A stretch of DNA of 64,000 nt from an uncultured Planctomycetota bacterium (lineage in GTDB: Bacteria > Planctomycetota > Planctomycetia > Isosphaerales > Isosphaeraceae), in assembly GCA_963823665.1 (NCBI GenBank), contig CAWGMQ010000005.1:1760001-1824000 (forward strand), written 5' to 3'. Positions 53,576 through 63,038 of the stretch are shown one piece after another. The position numbers and the translations under genes were made by a program. The notes under the pieces were generated by a model. It saw nothing but the letters and a program-made list of their open reading frames with translations. It was not told the DNA's origin and did not search any database. Position 1 is the stretch's first letter; each line of letters starts with the position of its first letter.

Positions 53576-54763
53576 ACCACCATCGCGCGCCCGCCCCTGC
53601 TGGCACTGGTAATCGTCATCCTGGCAGCCGCCCACGCCCGAGGCGACGAAGGTCATTGGGTGGGAACATGGGCTGCCGCGCCTCAGTTGACCGAGCCCGG
53701 CAACATGCCGCCGGAACCAGGCCTTGCGGATGCAACCCTGCGCCAGGTTGTGCACGTTTCTCTGGGCGGGAAGCGGCTGCGTGTCCGGTTCTCGAATGCC
53801 TTCGGGACGAAGCCGCTCACGATCCTCACGGCGCACGTGGCCGGGTATGCCGGCGATGGCGCCATCAGGGCCGAAGGGGGCAAGCCGCTCACGTTCGGAG
53901 GGCGGGTCTCCGTGACGATTCCGACCGGGGCACCGATGGTCTCGGACGCCCTCGAGTTTGAGCTGGCTCCGCTCTCGGATCTGGTGGTGACACTACGCGT
54001 GAAGGATCCGGCACGTGCGGTCACCGGTCATCCGGGGGCGCGCTGTACGTCGTGGCTGACGCGGGGGGACGCGTTGCTGGAACCGGTGCTGCCGAAGGCG
54101 GCTCGCACACAGCACTGGTATTACCTTTGCGGGGTGGACGTCGAGGCCCCATCAGAAACCGCGGCGGTTGCTGTGCTGGGGGATTCGATCACGGATGGGA
54201 GGGGTTCACCGACGGATGGCAACGGGCGCTGGACGGACCATCTCGCACGGCGGTTGCAGGAGCGCGGCGGGGCGGCCGTCGGCGTTTTGAATCTGGGGTT
54301 GGGGGGCAACCGCATTTTGAATGATGGGCTGGGGCCGAATGCGCTGGCGAGGCTGGACCGCGATGCGCTAGCGCAGCCCGGCGTGCGCTGGCTGATCGTG
54401 CTGGAGGGGATCAACGACCTGGGGACGCGCTCGGCCACGGCGCGCGATCTGATCGCTGCGTACGATCAGATCATCATCCGCTGCCACGCGCGAGGCATCC
54501 GCGTCTACGCGGGAACGATCCTACCGTGCGGCAACTCGTTCTACTTCAACCCGGGGCTCGAGGCGGCGCGGCAGGAGGTTAACGCGTGGATCCGCAACTC
54601 GGGTCGTTTTGACGCGGTCATCGACTTCGATGCGGCGACTCGGGATCCCCAGAAGCCGCCGAACCTTTCGGCTGCGGTAGATGGGGGCGACCATTTGCAT
54701 CCCGGGCCGGAAGGTTACAGGATCATGGCGGGGTCCATTGATCAGAGGTTGTTCGGGAAATGA
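53369..54763 (+). CDS. SGNH/GDSL hydrolase (start uncertain)
   Basis: Signal-like LLALVIVILAAAHA; WVGTW; LGDSITDG; GLGGNR; EGIND; DHLHP. Confidence 0.88.
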   Translation: MLRQASPPLEGGARGGPSRRPPSLKRRATENAVSFASKFADTPRFSTAQARGGPLQRIVAAKPSRNKNRTTIARPPLLALVIVILAAAHARGDEGHWVGTWAAAPQLTEPGNMPPEPGLADATLRQVVHVSLGGKRLRVRFSNAFGTKPLTILTAHVAGYAGDGAIRAEGGKPLTFGGRVSVTIPTGAPMVSDALEFELAPLSDLVVTLRVKDPARAVTGHPGARCTSWLTRGDALLEPVLPKAARTQHWYYLCGVDVEAPSETAAVAVLGDSITDGRGSPTDGNGRWTDHLARRLQERGGAAVGVLNLGLGGNRILNDGLGPNALARLDRDALAQPGVRWLIVLEGINDLGTRSATARDLIAAYDQIIIRCHARGIRVYAGTILPCGNSFYFNPGLEAARQEVNAWIRNSGRFDAVIDFDAATRDPQKPPNLSAAVDGGDHLHPGPEGYRIMAGSIDQRLFGK

Positions 54764-55024
54764 CGAAGTGGACACAGCCCGTCCCCAGGTGGATAGAAGC
54801 CCTGGACCACGTCGCAATCATTTTCGCAACGCTTGCGCTCGCATTCGTCCACCATTCGTGCAGATAGCTCCCGCCGACCCCCTAATCCATGGTCATCAGC
54901 GTCATCTCCTTGCAGCAAGCACACTTACGGATGACCATGGTTTTGCGAGCGAAAAGCGACTCGAACTAACTCTCGATGATGTCATCACTTGCGGATGACG
55001 ATAGCTTTTGCAGCCCCGGGCACC

Positions 55025-55363
55025 TCAGGCTCCCTGAATGAACGCCACAGTGCCCCGACACGATCTGACTCCTTGCGGGCGCCAGTTGTCGAGCTGCTCG
55101 GGGCGGATGTCGATCGGCTTGGTGAAGAGAACCTCTTCGGGATACTCCAGTGCGTAGACACCGCGCCAAGGTCGAGCATCCTCATCGCTATCCTTCGGAG
55201 GCTTCTTCGAAGAGCCCATCGGCGGTTGTCCGAAGTTCGGCTCCCCGATTAGAAAGAGCCTCAAGGCTTCTTCGACAACGGCTTCCTCGTTCGGGAACTG
55301 GCCGTTCTCGACCTTCTTTTTGAGAAGCCGTTGGAGGTCGTCGGTGAGAGCGATGTTCATCAT
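55025..55363 (-). CDS. Ribbon-helix-helix protein (ParD-like antitoxin N-terminus), orphan
   Basis: MNIALTDDLQRLLKKKVENGQFPNEEAVVEEALRL matches the ParD/CopG-type pattern; no adjacent toxin ORF. Confidence 0.7.
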   Translation of the reverse strand: MMNIALTDDLQRLLKKKVENGQFPNEEAVVEEALRLFLIGEPNFGQPPMGSSKKPPKDSDEDARPWRGVYALEYPEEVLFTKPIDIRPEQLDNWRPQGVRSCRGTVAFIQGA

Positions 55364-55503
55364 GGTGAGTCTTGCCAACCGCTGGGGCTCCGGATGGCGA
55401 CTTGCGTGATTCCATCCGCTAGTTTACCGCAGAAAGCCTCGTGTTGGCAAAACCGAGGTCTTGCCGAGCCAGGCCCGCTTGAGCGAAACCAAGCCCAGTC
55501 ACT

Positions 55504-55902
55504 GACGTGCTGGCGCAGCCCGGCGTGCGCTGGCTGATTGTGCTTGAGGGGGTCAACGACTTGGGCACGCACTCCGCCACGGCGCGCGACCTGATTGCTG
55601 CTTATGAGCAGATCATTCCGCGCTGCCACGCGCGGGGGATCCGAGTGCACGGGGGAACAATCCTGGCATGCGGAGGATCGTTCTATTTCAACCCGGGGCT
55701 CGAGTCTGCGCGGCAGGAGATCAACGCGTGGATCCGTGACTCGGGGCGGTTTGACGCGGTCATTGACTTCGATGCCTCGACCAGGGATCCACTCAAGCCC
55801 GCGAGCCTCTCAGCCGTGGTCGACGGTGGCGATCATCTGCATCCAGGGCCCGAGGGCTACAGAATCATGGCGGCGGCGGTTGATCATAGGTTGTTCGGCA
55901 AA
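55504..55902 (+). pseudogene. Diverged duplicate of the 3' ~400 bp of the SGNH hydrolase
   Basis: Colinear with 54362..54760; lacks the GDS nucleophile block and the original stop codon. Confidence 0.85.
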
Positions 55903-57513
55903 TCTTCCGCCGCACGGGTGGAGATAGGAATACCAGTCCGCTTCGCGTCGGTCCCCCGTGAAATACTCGAACCCCAGCGCCTGCCGGAGTCCCGGAACAC
56001 TTGCGCTCACCTTCGTGCCGCAATCGTGGGAACAGCTCCCGCAGACCCCCCAAAACGGCGTCATCTCCTTTCTAAAACAGGAGTTAGGAATGACGACGTT
56101 TTTCGAAGCCGAAAAACTTTCGAAGCAACTCTCGAGCCCATCGACACTTACGAATGACGACGCGTCCCCGAGCCACGGACGTCGCACTCAATTCTCTTCA
56201 CCTGGTCAGTTTGTAGTCCCCTCAGCATTCCTCCGCCGCAGGCAGCGGTGGGACGCGCGCGGATAAGACCGTACATCCCAGCTTCAGGGGCGGTGAGTTC
56301 CCCTGTCGCCTCACTCTCGGCCGGCCGAGTCACCCCTGCAATACCAATTCATACCCCCCAAAACGCCGTCATGGCCGTCAGCGCCTTACTGTGATTGGAC
56401 TTACGTCTGACGGCCCCTCTCTGACCCTGGCACGTGAATCGACACATCTCTTTTCAGGCGGGACACTTACGCCTGACGGCGTTTTTGCCGGAACCCCCCA
56501 CTCCCCCCTGGTTCGCAGGCATTTCGGCGAGCCTGAACGCTCCCGCCCGCCGTTCGCTCCGCGAAAGTGCGTCCGGCATGCCTCCCGCCCTTGTCGCGGA
56601 GGTCTCGCCGCATGCGCCGGGGGCTGGTCGGCGAGGCCAAAAACTCTACGTCCGGCCGTCCACCCCGACCGACCACTTCGTTTTGTACATTCGTCGCGCG
56701 TCCTTACACGACAAAGGTTAACGGAACGCACTCGCTCGGTCGAGATGGCGAGCCAAGGCCTGAATTCGAAGCCGAAACCTCGCCCGTGACCACGTCGCGT
56801 TGGTCCAAAATCGCCATGGAGCGCCCCGCGAAGCGCTCCACCACCCGAATCCGGGCCGGCCGCCCTCCGCAAGTGCCCATGCGAAAACAGCTTCGGCCGA
56901 TCCATCGGCCTCTTGCCCCATGGATCAAAATGATCACAAATGATACCAAAAACCCAACCTCCTCGCCTACGTCCTCGCTCGAAGTCGGGTGCCCAGACCC
57001 TGCGCTCACCGGATGACATGGGAAAGCCGCCGGGCTCCACGCAGCCATCCCGCCGAGCGGAACAGCCTGCTTGGTTCTCGGAGCGAATCTCAGCCTCTTT
57101 GCTCATGTCACAATCTGGAATTGAATGTCACTCTGTTCGTGAAGTTGACCGCTGTTCTCACGTCGAGTGGAGTGGGACGAGGAAGTCGGAAAGGAGAGGA
57201 AGCCACCGCGCCAGCATCGCGCGTTCGGCCCTACGTATAATATGCGACGGGTTTCGTCTCTCGGCAATAAACACCTCCAAATAAACTGCAATCACTCAAT
57301 CGAGACGGCTGCAACTTCACGAGATACGGCTTTGCGCGATTTCTTTGTTAATTGTGAACACGCGGTCGAATCAAAACGCGGTCCGACTCCGTGAGCCCAC
57401 CGGCGTCAATCATCCGTCGCACTCGTCACAAGACCCGGCCAGTCACCATGGTGCCGACAACTCGATCCACGCCACGGCAACCGAACGGAAACCGCCGGGC
57501 GCACTCATTCAAT

Positions 57514-58740
57514 TCACGAGATCCTGACCGACAGGCGAGCGCCGTCGCGGCACAACGATTGGAAAAACCCCTCGTACTGCTCCGCGAGTTTGTCGCCATC
57601 CCAGCGCTTCGCCTCAGCGAGCGCCCGTCTCCGGTGCTCTGCCTCGAATTCCGCGTCGTCCCACAGCCGTTCGATCGCAGCCACCCACGGCGCGACCTCT
57701 TGCGCGGTCGGCACCACGTTGCCGGCTGGTGTGCAGCGATCAGGGATCGCGAAGACGAAACCGGCGTCGCCCAGGGTCTCGGGTAACGCGCCTCGATCGC
57801 TGGCCAGTACGGGAATCCCATTCGCCATGGCCTCAATCGGCACGCGGCCGAGCGACTCCCGCCAGAGGGATGGCATCAGCACCACCCTGCTCACCCGATA
57901 AAAATCACGCGGATCGGGCGTATTGGCCATGCGGTGCAAGTTGGTCAGCCCCGAGAGATCAACCGGTAACCCCGCCAAGCCGTCAGCGGTACCGCGGCCC
58001 TCGACGACCAGCAACGGGATATCCGGCCGCCGCCGGCCGAGTTCGAGCGCAATCCGCGCAAAGACGGCGGCTCCTTTTTCCGGCTGGGGGTTGATGAACG
58101 TCACGTATTGCGGCTCGGGGTTCTCGGCAATGACTTTATCGAGCCGGATCGGGTCAGGAATGACAACGCCGTCGATTCCGACCCGGCGCGTGTAGAGTCG
58201 CCTCGAATACTCTGACGGAAAGATGATGGCATCGACGTCCTCGAAGCCGCGTCGGTCGTTATAGCCGAAATTGTGCTGGTGAAAGACGACCGCAATGCCT
58301 TTTGCTCTTGCCTTGAGCATCAGCGATCGGCTAACCGGATGACCGCCATAGGTCAGCAAAATCTCAGGGCGAAATCGATCGAGCACCGTAGTGGCCAGGT
58401 CGAGGTACATTGCCCCCTCCCGCGGATTGGGTGCCTTATCGGCGCGGCTAGACGATGTGGGCAAGATCGTGACGCGCACACCGTCGACCTCTAGATCGAA
58501 GACCTCGGCTTCGCCCCCAAGGCTGAGCGCCGCGCCCGACCGCCCAGTCGGCCGCTCGATTGAAGCTAGAACATCGTCGATGGGCGTTTCATTCTGGTAA
58601 TCGAGCACGCCGCAGGTGAATGCGCGGCAGTCCCAGCCTCGCGCGGCCAGCAGTTCCAGCAATTCGCGGGTGGCTATCGCGGCACCGCCCGACGGATCAA
58701 GATAGCTGTGAATCGACGCAAAGAGTAAGCGGTGACCCAT
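57514..58740 (-). CDS. Glycosyltransferase family 4 (GT-B)
   Basis: GGAAIAT; INPQPEKG; LMPSLWRESLGRVPIEAMANGIPVLASDRGALPE. Confidence 0.92.
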   Translation of the reverse strand: MGHRLLFASIHSYLDPSGGAAIATRELLELLAARGWDCRAFTCGVLDYQNETPIDDVLASIERPTGRSGAALSLGGEAEVFDLEVDGVRVTILPTSSSRADKAPNPREGAMYLDLATTVLDRFRPEILLTYGGHPVSRSLMLKARAKGIAVVFHQHNFGYNDRRGFEDVDAIIFPSEYSRRLYTRRVGIDGVVIPDPIRLDKVIAENPEPQYVTFINPQPEKGAAVFARIALELGRRRPDIPLLVVEGRGTADGLAGLPVDLSGLTNLHRMANTPDPRDFYRVSRVVLMPSLWRESLGRVPIEAMANGIPVLASDRGALPETLGDAGFVFAIPDRCTPAGNVVPTAQEVAPWVAAIERLWDDAEFEAEHRRRALAEAKRWDGDKLAEQYEGFFQSLCRDGARLSVRIS

Positions 58741-58901
58741 GAGAAATTCTCCAACTCGATTGTTGAACGTCTCGCGAACAGAGGAGGTGGATGCGATGGA
58801 TCATAGCGACGTCGTGACACGGGCGGTGGCGGGGGACCTGCGCACGTTGGAGCGCCGCGTCTACTCGCAGAATGGCGGTCCCTTCGTGGAAATCTAGGCG
58901 C

Positions 58902-59626
58902 TTACAGACCCAGATGCTTCGCTGCCTCGGTGTCTCCGGGGCATTCCACGAGCACCGCGCGCCATTGCTGCCGCGCCTCGTCCAGGTCACCCCGCTGCTG
59001 TGCCAGCGCCGCCAGATTCCGCCGCGTGAGGTGGCCGTAAATCCCTTGATCCAAACTCGCAAACCTCCGCGGCCGCGACAGCGTCAAGATCCGCCGCCAG
59101 CACTGCTCCGCCTCCGCCGATTGGCCGAGACCTCGATGCACAACCGCCTTGCGAAACAGCAGCTCAGCATCTTCCAGGTCAAGCGAAAGCCCCTCCGCGC
59201 AGCTAGCCAACGCCGCTGGAAAATCCCGCAGCATCTGATGACACCGCGCGATGTTCGCATACAGCTTGCGCACGATCGAATCCGTCGGCGCCGAGGCCGC
59301 CAGGCTGCGTTTGAAGTATCCGAGCGATTCGTTCCACTCCGCCCGCTCGATCGCGATCGACCCGAGATTAAACAGCGTGAAAGCATCGTTCGGCCGTTCG
59401 GCCACCTCCTCTTGCAAAATGCGTGAATCCCGCTCGAGCTTCCGCAACCGCAAGGCCCTGTCAGCATACCCCGTATGGCGCACCGTGATATCAGTCCACT
59501 CCACCGGCACCCCAGCCCATTTCAACGCCGGCAGAATCTGCTCATGAACGCGGTATGTCCAGCGCACGCCTTCGATCACAGGAAAGAGCCGAATATGATC
59601 AACCACAGTGTCGCCGCCCGCACCGT
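58902..59626 (-). pseudogene. 3' remnant of a GT2-TPR glycosyltransferase, truncated by IS3
   Basis: HIRLFP...RWTYRVHEQI...HTGY...RKLERD followed by TPRs; the N-terminal GT-A domain is replaced by the IS left end. Confidence 0.8.
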
Positions 59627-59697
59627 TGTCCTGCCTCACCTGAAAATAGAATGTCGCGCCGGTTGGGTTATAATTAACCCTATCGGAGGTGAGTTCC

Positions 59698-60015
59698 ATG
59701 AGACAGTCGCGCCGGCATTTCTCAGCGCCGCAAAAGGCTCAAATCGTCCGTCGCCATATCAGTGGCAAAGAGCCTGTTTCCAACTTGGCCGATGAGTTCG
59801 GCCTTCAACCCAGCCAGATCCACAACTGGATTAAGCAGGTACTCGACCAGGCCGAGCATGCTTTGGAGCGCGCAGCAGGCCGTCCGCCCCGCGCAGAGCG
59901 GCTTCAAGCGAAGCTCGTCGAGCGGCTCCAATCCAGTCTCGTCAAGAAGAACGAGGTCATCGCCGAGCTGATGCAGGAGCACGTCCAGCTAAAAAAAGAA
60001 CTTGGGGAACTCTGA
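59698..60015 (+). CDS. IS3 transposase OrfA (HTH)
   Basis: RRHFSAPQKAQIV...LADEFGLQPSQIHNW; coiled coil ending LKKELGEL. Confidence 0.9.
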   Translation: MRQSRRHFSAPQKAQIVRRHISGKEPVSNLADEFGLQPSQIHNWIKQVLDQAEHALERAAGRPPRAERLQAKLVERLQSSLVKKNEVIAELMQEHVQLKKELGEL

Positions 60016-60034
60016 ACGGAGCCTGGGTTCCCCA
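59975..60034 (+). promoter_or_regulatory. Programmed -1 ribosomal frameshift signal
   Basis: SD-like AGGAG at 59975, slippery AAAAAAAG at 59991-59998, downstream stem TGGGGAAC...GTTCCCCA. Confidence 0.85.
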
Positions 60035-60980
60035 CGACACGCGTGACCAGGTCGTCGACTACGTCAAGCATTGGGTCGACCGCACGGAGCTTCCGGCTCG
60101 TCAGCTCCTGAGTTGGCTCGGCCTGGGCACAAGTAAGTTCCACGACTGGAAGCACCGTTACGGCAAAGTCAACGAGCACAACGGCAAGGTCCCGCGCGAT
60201 TGGTGGCTCGAGGACTGGGAAAAACGAGCCATCGTCGATTTTCACGATCGCCATCCTCTCGAAGGATATCGCCGCTTGACCTTCATGATGCTCGACGACG
60301 ACGTGGTGGCCGTCAGCCCAGCGAGCGTCTATCGCGTGCTCAAGCAAGCGAACCGGCTCGATCGCAGGCGGTTCTCACCGTCGAAGAAGGGAACCGGCTT
60401 CGTGCAACCACTGGTGCCTCATGAACACTGGCATGTGGACATCTCTTACATCAACGTCTCGGGGACGTTTTACTACCTGACGAGCGTGCTGGACGGTTGC
60501 AGCCGATACATTGTGCACTGGGAGATTCGTGAGAGCATGACCGAGCGCGAAGTCGAGACAATCATCCAGCGGGCGTTGGAGCGGCATCCAGGAGAAAAGC
60601 CACGGATCATCAGTGACAATGGCCCGCAGTTCATTGCCCGGGATTTCAAGGAATTCATCCGGCTGACGGGCATAACGCACGTTCGGACGAGCCCGTATTA
60701 TCCGCAATCGAACGGAAAACTTGAGCGCTGGCACGGCAGTTTGAAACGCGAGTGCGTACGGCCAGCGGCGGTGTCTTCGTTCGATGAGGCTCTACGTCAC
60801 ATTGCATCATATGTGGATCACTACAATAATATACGGTTGCATAGCGCGTTAGGTTATTTGACCCCAGCCGACAAGTTGATCGGGCTGGAAAAAGAAATCT
60901 TCGCTGAGCGTGACCGCAAGCTGGAGGAGGCGCGCGAGCGTCGAGCAACAGTTAGACACGGGTCACAAGAGGTTGCGTGA
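59992..60980 (+). CDS. IS3 transposase OrfB (DDE/rve integrase core)
   Basis: WHVDISY, LDGCSRYI, ISDNGPQF, YPQSNGKLERWH, YNNIRLHSALGY. Confidence 0.93.
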
Positions 60981-61254
60981 AGATCGCGGACGAGCTACAA
61001 ACGATGTTGACCTGGGCGGAGGATAGGGCACTGCTGAGGAGCACCCCGAGCGCCGAGCCAGGGGCCAAGACCGGAGCCAGAGCCGAGCATACCTCGGCTC
61101 TGCGCTCTCTCCTCGATCGCAGCACGACAGCTCCGGGATTGGCACCAATGCGACAAACCTTCGCGGCACGATGCCGCGACATCCAGGCCACGATGCCGTT
61201 CCCCATTCATTTACGCCAATCGGACGAAATTCCATTTCACGGTGAACCAAGACA

Positions 61255-61702
61255 CCTCCTCGATTCGGATGAATTCGGCAAGTCAGCGAAAGAATTCCTG
61301 ACCGGCAAGTTCAACTGGAACGGGCGACAAGTCTTCGTGTACAGACAGTGGCGAAAGGACACGACTAATGCACCTGTGGAAGCGGAGGACATGTTTAAAG
61401 AGTCTTTACTGAAGCGCTTTGTAGCCGAGCACCCGCCCAGCGTCGTCAGCGAGTCAATTCAGTACAAAGATGGCACCTTCCATTATGGCTTCACCCAGGA
61501 AGGCAAAAGCGCGTTCTTGCGCTTCGTTGAGACGGAACTGAAAGCGGAGCACGTCGAACGCTGGATCGCAGTGGTGACCGACATACGGAAGGCTCTCGGC
61601 CTCAAGGATTCATCCGGGAGCGAAAAGTCCGAGCACGGCCCGCCACAAATTATCCCGATGCCGGTTTCTTTGCCACATGGGCGAGTTACCTCAAGGGCCT
61701 GA
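61255..61702 (+). pseudogene. 3' remnant of an unknown gene (possibly OLD/TOPRIM-like nuclease tail), truncated by IS3
   Basis: Protein-like open frame starts right at the IS end: LLDSDEFG...EAEDMF...GKSAFLRFV. The family assignment is a weak motif resemblance only. Confidence 0.45.
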
Positions 61703-62000
61703 CCAGGCGTCGCGCGGAGAGCGTAGGTCTGGTGGATGCCGCCAAGGCCTGTCAGAGGGAGGGCCACGCAGAGACCGACGCGGGGCCGGAAGGCGAATAG
61801 GAAGACGCCGAGCCGAGAAGGAAGGCGCAAGCGGGATTGGCGGCGCGGACAAAAGCGGAAGATTGGGATCGAAAACAAGGGCAAGGTGCGGCCCGGCCAC
61901 AAACAGGGTTCGGCCCGAACGCCTAACTCGCTTCGATACTTGACTGGCTTGTGTTACGAAAACGTGGTGAGGTTCATCGAAATCGGCTAGAGTTGCGATA

Positions 62001-62738
62001 ATGAGTGATTCTCGCCACTATCCGCACGCGCCGATCACCGAGGCAATCATCGATCTACGGGTCGAGCCGGTTTCCTGGCTATGCGCTGACGCCCTAGCAT
62101 CCGTCGGGGATGGCGAGAAGGACCTCTATCCCGAGCGGAAGCCCATCGTGATGGGAACGGGGTACCTGCAATGGGGCGAGCAGGTCTCGGCGACCGCGTC
62201 CTCAAGCCCAGTCGGCACGAGGTACGTGAGCACGGACACTAAAGTCATCTGGCAGGCGCGACTGGACGGTTTCACGTTCAGCCGCCTCGCGCCTTACGAT
62301 CGCTGGGAATCCTTCCGCGACGAAGCCCGTAGGCTCTGGAAGATCTATCGGGATCGTATGCAGTCGTCCTCCATCCAACGTATTGCTGTTCGTTATATCA
62401 ACCGATTTGACATCCCATGCGATCGACTCAAGCTCAAGGACTACTTCCGGACCTATCCCGAAGTCTCACCCGATCTTCCCGATGATCTGGCTGGTTTGTT
62501 GCTCCATCTCAGGATTCCCCAGCGCGATCTGCTCGGAGAAGCCATGATCAATCAGGCGATCGTTCCCCCGACAACCGACAGCGTCCGTTCCGTGGTTCTT
62601 GATCTGGATTTGTATCGTGCGGAATCCCTGCCCGTGGACGAGGAACCGCTGTGGAGACTCTTTGAAGATCTGCACGACCGCAAGAACGAACTGTTCGAGG
62701 CGTGTATTACGGACCGAGCAAGAGAGCTGATCCAATGA
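62001..62738 (+). CDS. TIGR04255-family protein
   Basis: HYPHAPITEAIIDLRV, FTFSRLAPYDRWESF, RIAVRYINRF, VLDLD, LHDRKNELFEACIT. Confidence 0.85.
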   Translation: MSDSRHYPHAPITEAIIDLRVEPVSWLCADALASVGDGEKDLYPERKPIVMGTGYLQWGEQVSATASSSPVGTRYVSTDTKVIWQARLDGFTFSRLAPYDRWESFRDEARRLWKIYRDRMQSSSIQRIAVRYINRFDIPCDRLKLKDYFRTYPEVSPDLPDDLAGLLLHLRIPQRDLLGEAMINQAIVPPTTDSVRSVVLDLDLYRAESLPVDEEPLWRLFEDLHDRKNELFEACITDRARELIQ

Positions 62739-63038
62739 GCGTGTTTCAAGCCGGCCCGAGAGTGTCTCCGCTTTCGAGGCCCGACAATGAGCCCATGGGC
62801 GGATCTTTCGCCGGCCGAGGGCCCGGACGGTCTCGAGATCGGGCGACAGCTAGGCAAGGTTTGGCGGCATCGTCAGTCCGCCGAATCGATTCGCTTATCG
62901 GACGATCCAGACGAATTCGAGGGCGACGTCGACTATCAGTCCGTCCCACCCAAACGGTCGTACCCGGTTCGCGTTGTGTGCGTGGAGGTCCGCAAGGGCG
63001 AACCACGTCCGTTCTCTCTCGGCGATCTCATTGAGTGA
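62735..63038 (+). CDS. Small hypothetical protein (83 aa from ATG 62787, or ~100 aa from ATG 62735 if one indel is assumed)
   Basis: Fills the gap between two genes; ATGA overlap at 62735 and GTGA overlap at 63035; C-terminus DYQSVPPKRSYPVRV...GEPRPFSL. Confidence 0.6.

Larger units (their letters stand above)
59627..61254 (+). mobile_element. IS3-family insertion sequence (1628 bp)
   Basis: Imperfect 26-bp terminal inverted repeats (19/26 match): TGTCCTGCCTCACCTGAAAATAGAAT and ATTCCATTTCACGGTGAACCAAGACA; TG...CA ends; orfA/orfB organisation. Confidence 0.92.

Noticed and set aside
54362..55902. SGNH 3' duplication as a DGR template/variable repeat pair
   Set aside because: Differences are not adenine-specific, many are synonymous, and no reverse transcriptase is present in the window.
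60977..61702. 241-aa ORF as a single real gene
   Set aside because: The first ~93 codons lie inside the IS3 non-coding end; only the part after 61254 looks like a genuine, truncated gene.
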